From NCBI GenBank assembly GCA_026388915.1, contig JAPLIW010000424.1, forward strand, positions 1 through 32,079: a stretch of DNA of 32,079 nucleotides, in the 5' to 3' direction. Shown here one piece after another: positions 8,305 through 17,480 of the stretch. Position 1 is the stretch's first letter, and each line of letters begins with the position of its first letter. This DNA is from Deltaproteobacteria bacterium (GTDB lineage: Bacteria > Desulfobacterota > SM23-61). The notes beneath the pieces are model-generated. The model was not told the DNA's origin, did not search any database, and saw only the letters and a program-made list of their open reading frames with translations. The translations under genes and the position numbers were made by a program.

Positions 8305-9030
8305 ATGACCTATGAGTTCAAGTGGTCCGTTCTGTGGGCCCAGCCGCATCTTACCTGGCTCATCGACGGGCTCCTGACCACCCTTCGGCTGGCCTCGATC
8401 AGCTGGTGCATCGCCGTTCTTCTGGGGATTGTCTTCGGGGCCATGCGGACCGTCCCCTTCCGGCCGGTCCGGGTCGTGGCGACCGCCTACGTGGAGTTCT
8501 TCCGCAACGTCCCCCTGCTGGTGTGGCTTTTTTTCTGGTATTTCGGAGCCCCGGAAGCCTTTCCCGAACCGGTCCGCCAATGGTTCATTCACCACGGGAT
8601 TGAATTCTGGTCCGCGGTTGCGGGCATCAGCGTCTACCACGGGGCCAGGTTTGCGGAGGTCATCCGGGCGGGGATCCAAGCCATCCCCAGGACCCAGCTC
8701 GAAGCCGGGCTTTCTTCCGGGCTCTCGGTGGCCGCCACCTATCGGCTGATCATTATCCCCATCGCCCTGCGCCTCATCGTTCCCCCGGCCACCAACGAAT
8801 CTTTGAACCTTCTGAAGAACACCTCCTTGGCCATGACCATCGGCGTAGCCGAGCTTACTTTCGCCGCCCGCCAGATCGAGACCTACACGGCCAAGGCCGT
8901 GGAAGCCCTGACCTCGGCGGCCTTGATCTACCTGGTCCTCTGCCTGTCGATTTCCAGCGTCATGAACTGGCTTGAGGGAAAATTCGCCATTCCCGGGCTC
9001 ATCGCCCGGGGGACGAGGGCCGAACATTGA
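8305..9030 (+). CDS. Amino acid ABC transporter permease (alternative start at 8284)
   Basis: YVEFFRNVPLLV, AEVIRAGIQAIPRTQLEAG (EAA loop) and LLKNTSLA; hydrophobic. Confidence 0.92.
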   Translation: MTYEFKWSVLWAQPHLTWLIDGLLTTLRLASISWCIAVLLGIVFGAMRTVPFRPVRVVATAYVEFFRNVPLLVWLFFWYFGAPEAFPEPVRQWFIHHGIEFWSAVAGISVYHGARFAEVIRAGIQAIPRTQLEAGLSSGLSVAATYRLIIIPIALRLIVPPATNESLNLLKNTSLAMTIGVAELTFAARQIETYTAKAVEALTSAALIYLVLCLSISSVMNWLEGKFAIPGLIARGTRAEH

Positions 9031-9716
9031 GCTTTGACTGGGGCGCCATCCTTGCCAATGCCAAATTTCTCCTGGTCCAGGGCCTGCTGGGGTTCGGGAT
9101 TTACGGGGGGGGAACGCTCCGGCTCGCCATTCCCGCCATCCTGTTCGGATTCGTGATCGGGATCATCCTTGGCTTGGCTCGTCTGGCCCAGCGTCCCTGG
9201 ATCCATTACCCGGCCGTGGTCTATATCGAATTCATCCGCGGGGTCCCCCTGATTATCGTTATTTTCTATTTCTGGTTTCTGGTTCCGGTCCTGATCGGCC
9301 GCCCCGTTCCCGAGTACTGGGTGGCGCTGACGGCTTTTGTGGTCTTTGAAGGGGCCTACATCGGGGAAATCATCCGGGCCGGGATCCAGTCCGTGGCCAA
9401 AGGACAGGTCGACGCGGCCACCGCGTCCGGGCTTAATTACGCCCATACCATGATCCATGTGATTCTGCCCCAGGCGGTCCGCAACATGATTCCTTCGCTG
9501 GTCACTCAGTTCATCGTCCTTTTCAAGGATACCTCCCTGGCCTCAATCATCGGCATGATGGACCTGACCAAGGCGGCCCAGACGGTGAGCGAGAGGGAGA
9601 TCAAGCCCTTCGAAATGTACCTCTTCATCGCTGTCGTGTACTGGTGCTTTACCTACAGCATGTCCCGTTTCGCCCAGTGGCTGGAGACCCGCATGTCTCC
9701 CGACCGGGTTCGCTGA
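9027..9716 (+). CDS. Amino acid ABC transporter permease
   Basis: YIEFIRGVPLII, GEIIRAGIQSVAKGQVDAA, ILPQA and LFKDTSL. TTG start overlaps the upstream stop. Confidence 0.92.
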   Translation: MSFDWGAILANAKFLLVQGLLGFGIYGGGTLRLAIPAILFGFVIGIILGLARLAQRPWIHYPAVVYIEFIRGVPLIIVIFYFWFLVPVLIGRPVPEYWVALTAFVVFEGAYIGEIIRAGIQSVAKGQVDAATASGLNYAHTMIHVILPQAVRNMIPSLVTQFIVLFKDTSLASIIGMMDLTKAAQTVSEREIKPFEMYLFIAVVYWCFTYSMSRFAQWLETRMSPDRVR

Positions 9717-9851
9717 AAGCTTTTCCCCCTACCACAAAAATTCAAAGAGTTCCGGCAGGTTGCCCTGCCCAATTTATGCCTTGGCAAGAAGGATATAATT
9801 CTATAAGAATTCTATTCTTGCGGAACGAGGGGGAGTGAATTCCGGACTATC

Positions 9852-10353
9852 CTAAGCTCCTAGTAAACAAGAGCCAAGTATTTCCACTGCCGGCTGGTAA
9901 AACTGTTTCATGAAAATCTCCGGATTGAGGTAAAGCTCATTTTCCACAAATCCGGACCCTCTCCGGAGCTTTCGGGCAATGATCACCTGCGGGATTTTCA
10001 GCAGAAGCAAGTCTCCTTCCTTCATGTGCTGGCGATAGCTTTTGAGGACATGGAAATTCTGGGTGGCCTTACCATCTTTCTCCAAAAGTAGGCGATAAAA
10101 GGTGGAATCAATTTCCAGGAGGCGGAAATGCTCGAAGTACTCAGTTACACTTTCAACCGGGAGGGTTTCTTCGTTGAAGGTTTTGTCCCCGACTTTATGG
10201 CTCCTGCGGGTAATCCCCTTTTTCGTATCGCCCTTCTGAATAAATCTGCCCGATCCATCGGGCATAACGATCACTGGCCGTTCCGATGAGAATGCCCGGA
10301 TGAAGGTTGCGAAAGCGATATGGATTCGATTCTAAATCAGCGGCCGTTCTCAT
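9852..10353 (-). pseudogene. DUF72 (YecE/YunF-like) pseudogene: frameshifted and 3'-truncated
   Basis: ATG 10353 gives MRTAADLESNPYRFRNLHPGILIGTASDRYARWIGQIYSEGRYEKG. One extra base in AAAAAGGGG (10215-10223) shifts the frame to ITRRSH...EYFEHFRLLEIDSTFY. It stops at 9852, short of a full DUF72 barrel. Confidence 0.75.
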
Positions 10354-10376
10354 CTCTTTCCTCAACGCCCCCCAAG

Positions 10377-10574
10377 CTAGCCTTCTATTATTTTCTTAAC
10401 CCGGCCAATTTCACCGCCCTCTAAGCGGACTTTAATGCCATGGGGGTGAGTCGGAGATTTTGTTAGAATGTCCTTCACTATGCCTTCCGTTAGTTTCCCG
10501 GAACTTTGGTCTTTCTTTAACACGATCAAAACCCTTACCCCTGATTTTATATCCCTGCGATTTGTACCGTTCAT
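10377..10574 (-). CDS. ywbE: YwbE family protein (DUF2196), 65 aa
   Basis: MNGTNRRDIKSG.RVLIVLKKDQ.SGKLTEG.VKDILT.SPTHPHGIKVRL..G.IGRV. ATG overlaps the upstream stop. Confidence 0.88.
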   Translation of the reverse strand: MNGTNRRDIKSGVRVLIVLKKDQSSGKLTEGIVKDILTKSPTHPHGIKVRLEGGEIGRVKKIIEG

Positions 10575-11047
10575 AATCCCGCTTTCATTGCCCCCTGCTT
10601 CCTGGTACGTAGGGCTTGGATCGTTTCGTCGAGGCGCTGGAGGAAACGGGAGCGGTCTCGTTTCCCGAAGGGAGCTGGCCCCCCTGTTAGGGTCCCGAGA
10701 TCGCGGAGGTGGGACAGAAGCCCCCGGCTCGCGAGGGCTTCGCCGATGCTTTCCTTGGTGAAAATGCGACCCGACGGACCGAGCACCCGGGCATCCTTTT
10801 CCAAGCACCGAGAAGCCAGGGGGATATCCCCGGTGATCACGATATCATTCTCGCTCACATGCTCGACAATCCAATCATCGGCCGCGTTGAACTGCCCATC
10901 CACAATAACTACTTCGAGCCAGTCCTTCTGCGGGGTCCTCATCCGCGAGTTCGAAACCAAGGTGACCTTGAGCCCATAGCGCTTGGCCACACGATAGACT
11001 TCCTGCTTTACCGGGCAGCCATCCGCATCGATAAAGATGTCTAACAA
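10571..11047 (-). CDS. yaiI: YaiI/YqxD family protein (DUF188, PIN-like)
   Basis: IFIDADGCPVK, AADDWI, VITGDIPLA and GGPAPF..RDRSRFLQ.LD. Confidence 0.9.
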   Translation of the reverse strand: MLDIFIDADGCPVKQEVYRVAKRYGLKVTLVSNSRMRTPQKDWLEVVIVDGQFNAADDWIVEHVSENDIVITGDIPLASRCLEKDARVLGPSGRIFTKESIGEALASRGLLSHLRDLGTLTGGPAPFGKRDRSRFLQRLDETIQALRTRKQGAMKAGL

Positions 11048-11059
11048 GCATGGACCTTT

Positions 11060-11158
11060 CTATGCGAAGATAGGGGCGAGGGAGTACCGGGCACCTTTTA
11101 CACCGACAATTACGTGGTAGAGGGCACCGCGGAAATAAACTTTCGGTCTTCGAGCCAT
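11060..11158 (-). pseudogene. N-terminal stub of a Y1/HUH (RAYT-like) transposase
   Basis: 32-aa ORF MARRPKVYFRGALYHVIVGVKGARYSLAPIFA. The first ~18 aa fit the MARxPRxxFPGALYHVxxRGN start of Y1_Tnp/RAYT proteins. Confidence 0.6.
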
Positions 11159-11311
11159 GGGCGCTTTATTCCGCAGCAAGCATAATTGGTCAGTACTTTA
11201 TTATAATAGCCTGACCTGTCCCAAGACGGACTTGAGTTGACAGCGCAGGGAGAGAAAGGAGTGTAGGGGCAGTCCAGGGACGGTGTTTTTTGCAAATTCC
11301 TCAATGATATC

Positions 11312-11388
11312 TGGTGGCGGTGCAGGGATTTGAACCCCGGACACTGCGGATATGAGCCGCATGCTCTGACCACCTGAGCTACACCGCC
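11312..11388 (-). tRNA. tRNA-Met (CAU), elongator type, CCA encoded
   Basis: GGCGGTGTAGCTCAGGTGGTCAGAGCATGCGGCTCATATCCGCAGTGTCCGGGGTTCAAATCCCTGCACCGCCACCA. Paired G1-C72 excludes the initiator. G2-C71 and C3-G70 favour Met over Ile2. Confidence 0.93.
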
Positions 11389-11411
11389 ACGCGCTTGAAA
11401 GGGTATTAAAA

Positions 11412-11441
11412 TTTATAATTCGATTTTTGGTGGGTTGTCAA
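11412..11441 (-). promoter_or_regulatory. Putative sigma70 promoter of tRNA-Met
   Basis: TTGACA (11441-11436), 18 nt, TATAAA (11417-11412). Confidence 0.5.
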
Positions 11442-11460
11442 CAGAAAAGAGAGCAAAAAC

Positions 11461-11528
11461 AGCTCATAGCTGATAGCTCAAGGCAAAAGCTTTAGGACCA
11501 TGAGCTACGAGCTATGAGCCATGAGCTA
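11461..11528. repeat. Heptamer-repeat hairpin element (AGCTCAT / ATGAGCT arms)
   Basis: agctcat agctgat agctcaa gg ... cc atgagct acgagct atgagcc atgagct. It overlaps the ttcA stop codon. Confidence 0.85.
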
Positions 11529-12263
11529 TTTGATCAGCAGATAATCCGGCTTCACATGCATCATGGCCTTGAAGATGTTTTCCTTGACCCCCCGGTGATC
11601 CTTGTCCAATTTCTTGATCAAATCTTTTATGTACTCCCTCTTGGTGTGATTCGCCGTGGGGCATGGATTTTCCATGACCGGGAGCTCCGCCTCCCGCGCG
11701 AACCGCTTCAACAGGTGCTCGTCCGTGTAGGCAAAGGGCCGGATGAGAAAGAACTCCCCTTGAAAATAAGACTGATAGGGGATCATGGTGCTGATTTCCC
11801 GTCCGAAAAATATGTTCAGAAGAAGAGTTTCGATGACGTCGTCCTTATTGTGAGCCAGGGCCAATTTATTGCATTTGTAATCCCGGGCCAGTTCAAAGAG
11901 CTTCCGGCGGCGCAGCCGGGAGCAGAGAAAGCAGGGGCTGGCCTTGCGGTTGTAATCGCTGTGCGACAAAAGGCCGATGTTCGATTTTTCGATGCGGTAA
12001 GGGACCCCCTCTTTCTCGAAGTAGTCCTTCAGGATCTGTGCCGGCTGCCCGTTCGTCCCCTCGAATCCCAGGTCCACATAGACGGCGAGAACGAATTCCG
12101 GCCTGGGCACGAAAAGAAGGGGGCCGGTGATCAGCTTTAGCAGCGTCAAGCTGTCCGCCCCGCCCGAAACCCCCACCAATACACGGTCTCCTTCCGCGAG
12201 CATTCCGTGTTTGAGAACCGCCTGCTCGAATCGTTTCCGGAGGTGAAGATAGAGCTTGCTCAT
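11526..12263 (-). CDS. ttcA: TtcA-family tRNA thiolase (PP-loop ATPase)
   Basis: PP-loop SGGADS, SPCFLCSRLRR, LAHNKDD.IET and LIRP. ATG 12263 follows an AAGGA RBS. Confidence 0.8.
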   Translation of the reverse strand: MSKLYLHLRKRFEQAVLKHGMLAEGDRVLVGVSGGADSLTLLKLITGPLLFVPRPEFVLAVYVDLGFEGTNGQPAQILKDYFEKEGVPYRIEKSNIGLLSHSDYNRKASPCFLCSRLRRRKLFELARDYKCNKLALAHNKDDVIETLLLNIFFGREISTMIPYQSYFQGEFFLIRPFAYTDEHLLKRFAREAELPVMENPCPTANHTKREYIKDLIKKLDKDHRGVKENIFKAMMHVKPDYLLIK

Positions 12264-12314
12264 TTCCTTTCGCCACAGAGCGCCTAACGCGGCCGGCGAC
12301 AATCAAAAACAATG

Positions 12315-12470
12315 AACCGCAGAGCACGCAGAGACCGCAGAGGTCATTCCCCCCAAAAAACCGTCAAATCTAAGGTAATCTTTGCAATTTATTTACCCAT
12401 CTTACCTTGTACCTCGGGACTTGGGCCCTTAACCATTATCACCTCTGTGTCCTCTGCGAACTCTGTGGTT
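12315..12470. repeat. Nonamer-repeat inverted element (CGCAGAGNN arms)
   Basis: aaccgcagagcacgcagagaccgcagagg (12315-12343) pairs with cctctgtgtcctctgcgaactctgtggtt (12442-12470). Confidence 0.85.
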
Positions 12471-12527
12471 AAGTTTTAATATTCTTATCATACCCCAAAT
12501 GCGCTGAATCAGGTCAAGAATTCGGGG

Positions 12528-13676
12528 TCATCGGTAGCCGAGCAGTCGGTAGGTAAGCAGAAAAAGCTTCCAGCCTTCCGGCAGGTAAAAAGAAAATAGA
12601 TTTCCCGCGGTCAGTGGTTTTTCTTCAGGGTCTATGTGGGAAAAGGTTTTTAGGATCTTCATGCACACCTTTTCCGAATGCGGAGCGGCCTGGGCCAGCC
12701 GAAGAGTTTCCGTAAAAGGGATCAAGTCGTCATCTTCCCCGTGGGCCAGAATCAGGCTGGCCCGGAGGTCTTTAAACACCGGGGCCACCGCCAGGGCATT
12801 CATGGAAGATCGGATCGCCGGGGGTAATTTCCGGATAAAGGACTCAGTCTGAGAAGGATCGGCATGGGAGAGGAGGTCCAGCACGTTCCTCCCCTCCCCT
12901 CCCAGCTGGGATAAAAATGAGTCGATGGGCGCGCGTTCGTCCCGCAGTTTGACCTTCAGGATCTTTCTCAAGACGGCTCGGTCTTCCGCAGACTCGACCC
13001 AATCGAGGTTATTGGCCAGGAAGACCCATTTGCCGTATTCCTGGGGCTTGCGGAAATAGCGATGCCCCTGGAATTCAAAATGGCCGGTGGCGATGAAAGA
13101 AAGGACATTCCTCAGGTCGTAATACCCCCCGAAGGAGACCACAAACCGAACCTTCGCGCGAATCTCCGGGCGGCAGGCGGCGATGATCGTGGGGCCGGCT
13201 CCGTAGCTGAACCCGAAGAGACCGCAGGAGTCCGCCCGGACCTCCTGCCGGGAAAGCAAGTGAGAAAAGGCCGCCTTGATTTCCTCTATATCCGAGGGGG
13301 CGATGCGAAAGGCCCTCATTCCTTTCAGGTCGGGGACGAAGACCACGAACCCCGCCCGGCAGAGCATCGAGGCAAAGCGTTTCAACCGGGGGTCATCCTT
13401 CCCGGTGTCAATGACCCCGTGATTCAGCAGAATTCCGCCCCTTTTCCCTTCGGGGTGGGGAAGATAGAGGTCGGCTTTCATGAATCCCATCGGGCCTTCC
13501 CAAGAGACTTCCTTTACTACCGGGCGGGGAGGGGTTTTTTCCAACCATCCTGGTTTTTCGAAATTCAGAAGTTCGCTTAAGAGCAGAACACTCCTGAAGG
13601 TCCTCTCGCCGTAAAGGAGGGAGAGAAAAGCCCCTAAAGCCAGGCCCAAAAACAAAGCGAGGGTTCTTTTCTTCAC
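12528..13676 (-). CDS. Alpha/beta hydrolase with N-terminal signal/anchor
   Basis: Hydrophobic N-terminus, LLNHG, nucleophile elbow GFSYGAG, HGEDDDLIP (Asp) and FSH (His). Confidence 0.8.
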   Translation of the reverse strand: MKKRTLALFLGLALGAFLSLLYGERTFRSVLLLSELLNFEKPGWLEKTPPRPVVKEVSWEGPMGFMKADLYLPHPEGKRGGILLNHGVIDTGKDDPRLKRFASMLCRAGFVVFVPDLKGMRAFRIAPSDIEEIKAAFSHLLSRQEVRADSCGLFGFSYGAGPTIIAACRPEIRAKVRFVVSFGGYYDLRNVLSFIATGHFEFQGHRYFRKPQEYGKWVFLANNLDWVESAEDRAVLRKILKVKLRDERAPIDSFLSQLGGEGRNVLDLLSHADPSQTESFIRKLPPAIRSSMNALAVAPVFKDLRASLILAHGEDDDLIPFTETLRLAQAAPHSEKVCMKILKTFSHIDPEEKPLTAGNLFSFYLPEGWKLFLLTYRLLGYR

Positions 13677-14503
13677 TTTGAGCCCAGAAGGCGAGCCAGG
13701 GTACAGAACTTTTCCAGATTCAAAGTCTCACCCCGGGCCAGGGGGGAAATGCCGGCTATGGACAAAGCTTCCTTGATCAGAGGGGCGGGAAAACCTCCCA
13801 GCTGGAGAGCCTTACCCAGGGTCTTCCGGCGGTAGGTGAAAGCCGAACGTACGACCTTTCCCAGGTTCTTTTCGTCCTCCACCACGACTCTTGGCTTGGG
13901 GAGAACCCTGAATTTCACCACGGCAGAGTGCACTTTGGGCGGGGGGAGAAAGGAATTGGGCTTCACTTGAAAGGCAATCTTCACGTCGCTGTAAAGCTGG
14001 GACCAGACGCTGAGGGGCCCGTAGTCCCCGGTGCCCGGTTGGGCCGCGAGTCTTCGGGCCACCTCGAGCTGGAGCATCAAAACCAATAAGGAAAAGCATT
14101 CCCTTTCTTTCAACAGACGAAAGATCATGGGGGTGGAAATCTCGTACGGGAGATTGGCCACCACCTTGATTTTTCGTTTCCACCGGCGAAAGGGAGCGCC
14201 AAAGTCAAACTGCAGGGCATCCGCCCAGACGACCTCCACCGTGTCCCCGCCGGAGAACCGGTCTTTCAAAGCATCCGCGAGGGAGGAATCGATCTCCAGG
14301 GCATAGACCTTTTTCACCCGCCGGGCCAACGGCTCGGTCAGACTCCCCAACCCGGCCCCGATCTCCACCACCACATCCTCAGGCTCGAGCGACGCTGCTT
14401 CGATGATCTTGCGGAGGATGTTGGGGTCGTGGACAAAATGCTGGCCCAGGCTCTTCTTCGGCCGGATATGCAGCTCTTTAAGTTGTTTTTGAAGAGAAGT
14501 CAA
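13673..14503 (-). CDS. rsmA: 16S rRNA adenine dimethyltransferase RsmA/KsgA
   Basis: PKKSLGQHF, EIGAGLGSLT, LEID, VANLPYEIS, MLQLEVA.R, F.PPPKV.SAV and RRKTL. Confidence 0.95.
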   Translation of the reverse strand: MTSLQKQLKELHIRPKKSLGQHFVHDPNILRKIIEAASLEPEDVVVEIGAGLGSLTEPLARRVKKVYALEIDSSLADALKDRFSGGDTVEVVWADALQFDFGAPFRRWKRKIKVVANLPYEISTPMIFRLLKERECFSLLVLMLQLEVARRLAAQPGTGDYGPLSVWSQLYSDVKIAFQVKPNSFLPPPKVHSAVVKFRVLPKPRVVVEDEKNLGKVVRSAFTYRRKTLGKALQLGGFPAPLIKEALSIAGISPLARGETLNLEKFCTLARLLGSK

Positions 14504-15014
14504 TTTTCTCCAATCGCCTTCTTCGCCTTTCGCGGTAAAGCAGGACGATTTTCTTGGTCATGAAGTAGGTCGGGATCACCGCAAGCGATCCGACGACGAT
14601 CCCCCCGACGAGGAGGGGGTAATAGATTTCCCAGCCCAGATTGAGAACGTAGGAGGCGGAAAAATCGGCAGAGACCAGGGAGGGCCCGCTGGCGCCGGTG
14701 ATCGCCTGCCCCACCCTGTAATCCAGGATATAAATGAAGGGAAGGAAAAAAGGATTCGCCACCTGGCCTCCCAGGGCCGCGGCCAGTTTGCTTTTGCCCA
14801 GAAGAAAGGCGATGAAAACCCCCAGGACCAGATGCAACGGGACCGTGGGAGTAAAGCCGATGGCGACGCCGATGGCCATCCCCCCGGCCACTTCTTCCGG
14901 CTCCCCGCGCAGCCGCAGGATCCGGAGGTAGAGGAGACGAAACCGCCTCTTCCATCGGGCTCCCAGGCTTTTTGAATTCCCGTTTTTTTTCGCTTCCCTG
15001 TTTTCCATCCCCAT
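14478..15014 (-). CDS. DUF2062 family membrane protein
   Basis: LRGEPEEVAGGMAIGVAIGFTP and ANPF..PFIY..DY.VG; hydrophobic helices; overlaps the rsmA start. Confidence 0.8.
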   Translation of the reverse strand: MGMENREAKKNGNSKSLGARWKRRFRLLYLRILRLRGEPEEVAGGMAIGVAIGFTPTVPLHLVLGVFIAFLLGKSKLAAALGGQVANPFFLPFIYILDYRVGQAITGASGPSLVSADFSASYVLNLGWEIYYPLLVGGIVVGSLAVIPTYFMTKKIVLLYRERRRRRLEKIDFSSKTT

Positions 15015-15020
15015 GACGGA

Positions 15021-16025
15021 TTATCTTATACCCATACGGGAATAGGCGTTCAAAGTCAAGTCCGCGCGAAAGCCTTCCTGGAGGAGGTGGAACCCGGCCA
15101 CGCCGATCATAGCCGCGTTGTCCGTGCACAGAGCGGGAGCAGGAAAGCATACCTCCATGCCGGATTCTTTTCCCTCCTGAGATAACTTCTCCCGCAGGCG
15201 GGAATTGCAGGCCACTCCTCCGGCCACGACCACTTCGCGGATTCCTTCCTGGCGCGCCGCCCGAAAGACCTTGGAGACCAGGGTATCCACCACTGCTTCC
15301 TGAAAAGAGGCGGCCACATCCCGGACCTGAGAGGGAGTCAGTTTCCCCCCCAATCCCTTTACGTAGTTCAAAACGGCGGTCTTCAGCCCGCTGAAACTGA
15401 AGTCGAGAGAGTCCGGTTCCAGCAGGGTCCGGGGAAACGCAATGGCCCTCCGGTCCCCTTCCCTGCTCAGCCGGTCGATGATTTCTCCCCCGGGGTAACC
15501 CAGCTCCAGAAGCTTGGCCACTTTATCGAAGGCCTCCCCGGCAGCGTCATCCCGGGTTCGGCCGATGAGGGCCATCCGGGTCCGGGACTCCACCCGGAAG
15601 AGGCTCGTATGGCCTCCCGACACCACCAGCGAAATGAATGGAAATTTCAGGCCGGAAAAGTCAAGAAATATGGCCGCCACATGGCCCAGGATATGATTGA
15701 CCCCCACGATCGGAAGGTTGAGAACGTAGGCCAGGGATTTAGCCGCGGCGATGCCCACGAGGAGAGAACCCACCAGGCCCGGCCCCTGGGTGACGGCGAT
15801 CCCCTCCAGGCCCGCCAGGTTGATTTCCGCTTGGGAGAGGGCTTCCTGGATAACCGGCAGGATAGCTTCCACATGGTGACGGGAAGCCAGTTCCGGAACC
15901 ACTCCCCCGTATTTCCGGTGGATGGAAACCTGGGAAGCGACGACGCTGGACCGGACCTTTTGCCCATCCTCCACCACTGCGGCCGCAGTCTCATCGCAGG
16001 AGGATTCAATTGCTAAAATGTTCAT
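15021..16025 (-). CDS. tsaD: tRNA N6-threonylcarbamoyltransferase TsaD
   Basis: ILAIESSCDETAAA, GGVVPELASRHH, GPGL.GSL, NH..GH, VSGGHT, DDAAGEAFDK, FSFSGLKT, GGVACN and CTDNAAMI. Confidence 0.97.
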   Translation of the reverse strand: MNILAIESSCDETAAAVVEDGQKVRSSVVASQVSIHRKYGGVVPELASRHHVEAILPVIQEALSQAEINLAGLEGIAVTQGPGLVGSLLVGIAAAKSLAYVLNLPIVGVNHILGHVAAIFLDFSGLKFPFISLVVSGGHTSLFRVESRTRMALIGRTRDDAAGEAFDKVAKLLELGYPGGEIIDRLSREGDRRAIAFPRTLLEPDSLDFSFSGLKTAVLNYVKGLGGKLTPSQVRDVAASFQEAVVDTLVSKVFRAARQEGIREVVVAGGVACNSRLREKLSQEGKESGMEVCFPAPALCTDNAAMIGVAGFHLLQEGFRADLTLNAYSRMGIR

Positions 16026-16232
16026 TCGAGGGTCAGTGGTTCAAACGCTCCCGGGGGATTGGAAGACCGCAATCGAGCAGCGGATCGATTGAGCGGATAT
16101 TCACAGAATATCATATCGATGGCGGAACCGGAAGCCCACTGGGTAGGAAAACTCCTCCCCTTCCGGGCTTGGGGCGAAAGGGACATCTCTTGCCCGGCGG
16201 GAGAAACTCGATGCGTCCGGTAGAAAAGCCGA

Positions 16233-17444
16233 TTAGCCCAGAACCGCGGCCATCTTGAAGATGGGCAGGTACATGGCGATGACCAGGGCTCCGATGGCGG
16301 CCCCCAGGAAGACCATGAGAACCGGCTCCAGCAGCGAAGTCAGGGCGGAGACCGCCGAATCCACCTCGTCGTCGTAAAAATCGGCGATCTTCGACAGCAT
16401 GGAATCCAGGGCCCCGGTCGATTCCCCCACCGAGATCATCTGCACCACCATGGGCGGGAAAATGCCGCTGGCCCCCAGAGGTTCGGCGACCGTTTTCCCT
16501 TCCCCGATGCTGACGCGGGTCTTCAAAATGGCTTTCTCGATAATCTTGTTTCCCGAGGTACGGGCCACAATGTCCAATCCCTCCAGGATGGGAACTCCGC
16601 TGGAGAGCATAGTGCTCAGGGTGCGGGTGAACTTGGCGATGGCCACCTTTTTAACCAGCATCCCGAATACGGGAAGCTTGAGAATACAATCGTCTATTCT
16701 CTCGTGCCCCTTTTCGGTCCGGTAATAATAGCGGAAGCCGAAGCCAAGAACGACGAGGAAGAGCCCGATGGCCCACCAGTAGGCGCGCAACATATCACTG
16801 AGGTTGATCACCAGCTGGGTGAACGCCGGGAGGGTTCCCCCCATGTCGGCAAACATCTTCTGGAAGACCGGGATGACGAAGAGTAAGAGCGATCCGACAA
16901 CCAGCAGGGCGACGCAGAGTACGACCCCCGGGTACACCATGGCCCCCTTGACCTTTTTCTTGAGGTTCATCGTCTTTTCGATATAGACCGCCAGACGGTT
17001 CAGGATGGTGTCCAGAATTCCTCCCGCCTCTCCCGCGGCCACCAGGTTGCAGAAGAGATCGTTGAACACCGTGGGGTGCTTCCGCAGGGCGTCGGCAAAA
17101 GTCGATCCGGCTTCCACATCGCCCTTTACCCGGAGAAGGACCTCTTTAAAAAAGGGGTTGTCCTGCTGGCTGGAGAGGATTTCCAGGCACTGGACCAGGG
17201 GCAGTCCGGCGTCGATCATGGTGGCAAACTGACGGGTGAAGACCACGATCTCTTTTTCCCGGACCCGGTTCCTCCAGGGTAACTTGATTCCTCTCAGGAT
17301 ATCCTTCGGTTTGGGCGCGATCTTGGTGGCCAGAATCTGCTGGCGGCGGAGGATCATTCTCACGGCGCCTTCGTTGCTCGCCTCCATCTCCCCCTTTTCG
17401 ATCGTCCCCTTGCGGGATTTTCCTTCCCAAACATATGCTCCCAT
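16233..17444 (-). CDS. pilC: Type IV pilus platform protein PilC (T2SS F family)
   Basis: FTRQFATMIDAGLPLVQCL, AGEAGGILD..L.RLA, AMVYP, SSGVPILEGL, VGESTGALD.ML and AMYLPIF. Confidence 0.95.
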   Translation of the reverse strand: MGAYVWEGKSRKGTIEKGEMEASNEGAVRMILRRQQILATKIAPKPKDILRGIKLPWRNRVREKEIVVFTRQFATMIDAGLPLVQCLEILSSQQDNPFFKEVLLRVKGDVEAGSTFADALRKHPTVFNDLFCNLVAAGEAGGILDTILNRLAVYIEKTMNLKKKVKGAMVYPGVVLCVALLVVGSLLLFVIPVFQKMFADMGGTLPAFTQLVINLSDMLRAYWWAIGLFLVVLGFGFRYYYRTEKGHERIDDCILKLPVFGMLVKKVAIAKFTRTLSTMLSSGVPILEGLDIVARTSGNKIIEKAILKTRVSIGEGKTVAEPLGASGIFPPMVVQMISVGESTGALDSMLSKIADFYDDEVDSAVSALTSLLEPVLMVFLGAAIGALVIAMYLPIFKMAAVLG

Positions 17445-17480
17445 TGGCGTCCTCCGATTATGATCCGGGCGGTTTCTCGG

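Noticed and set aside
10215-10223. Programmed frameshift in DUF72
   Set aside because: It needs a +1 shift, is not a canonical -1 slippery heptamer, and the gene is also truncated. Mutation or sequencing error is more likely.
9720-11311. Intact tRNA-integrated island or prophage
   Set aside because: There is no integrase, and I found no duplicated tRNA 3' end (att site).
11312-11388. tRNA-Ile2 (lysidine) or initiator tRNA-fMet
   Set aside because: The 1-72 pair is intact and there is no GGG/CCC anticodon stem. The acceptor stem GGCGG fits elongator Met.
12487-12517. Promoter for ttcA (TTGACC ... TATGAT, minus strand)
   Set aside because: The 19-nt spacer is suboptimal, so it is too weak to list as a feature.
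16022-16186. 54-aa minus-strand ORF whose stop overlaps the tsaD start; possible pilS remnant
   Set aside because: Weak RBS and no recognisable motif, so it cannot be supported without homology data.
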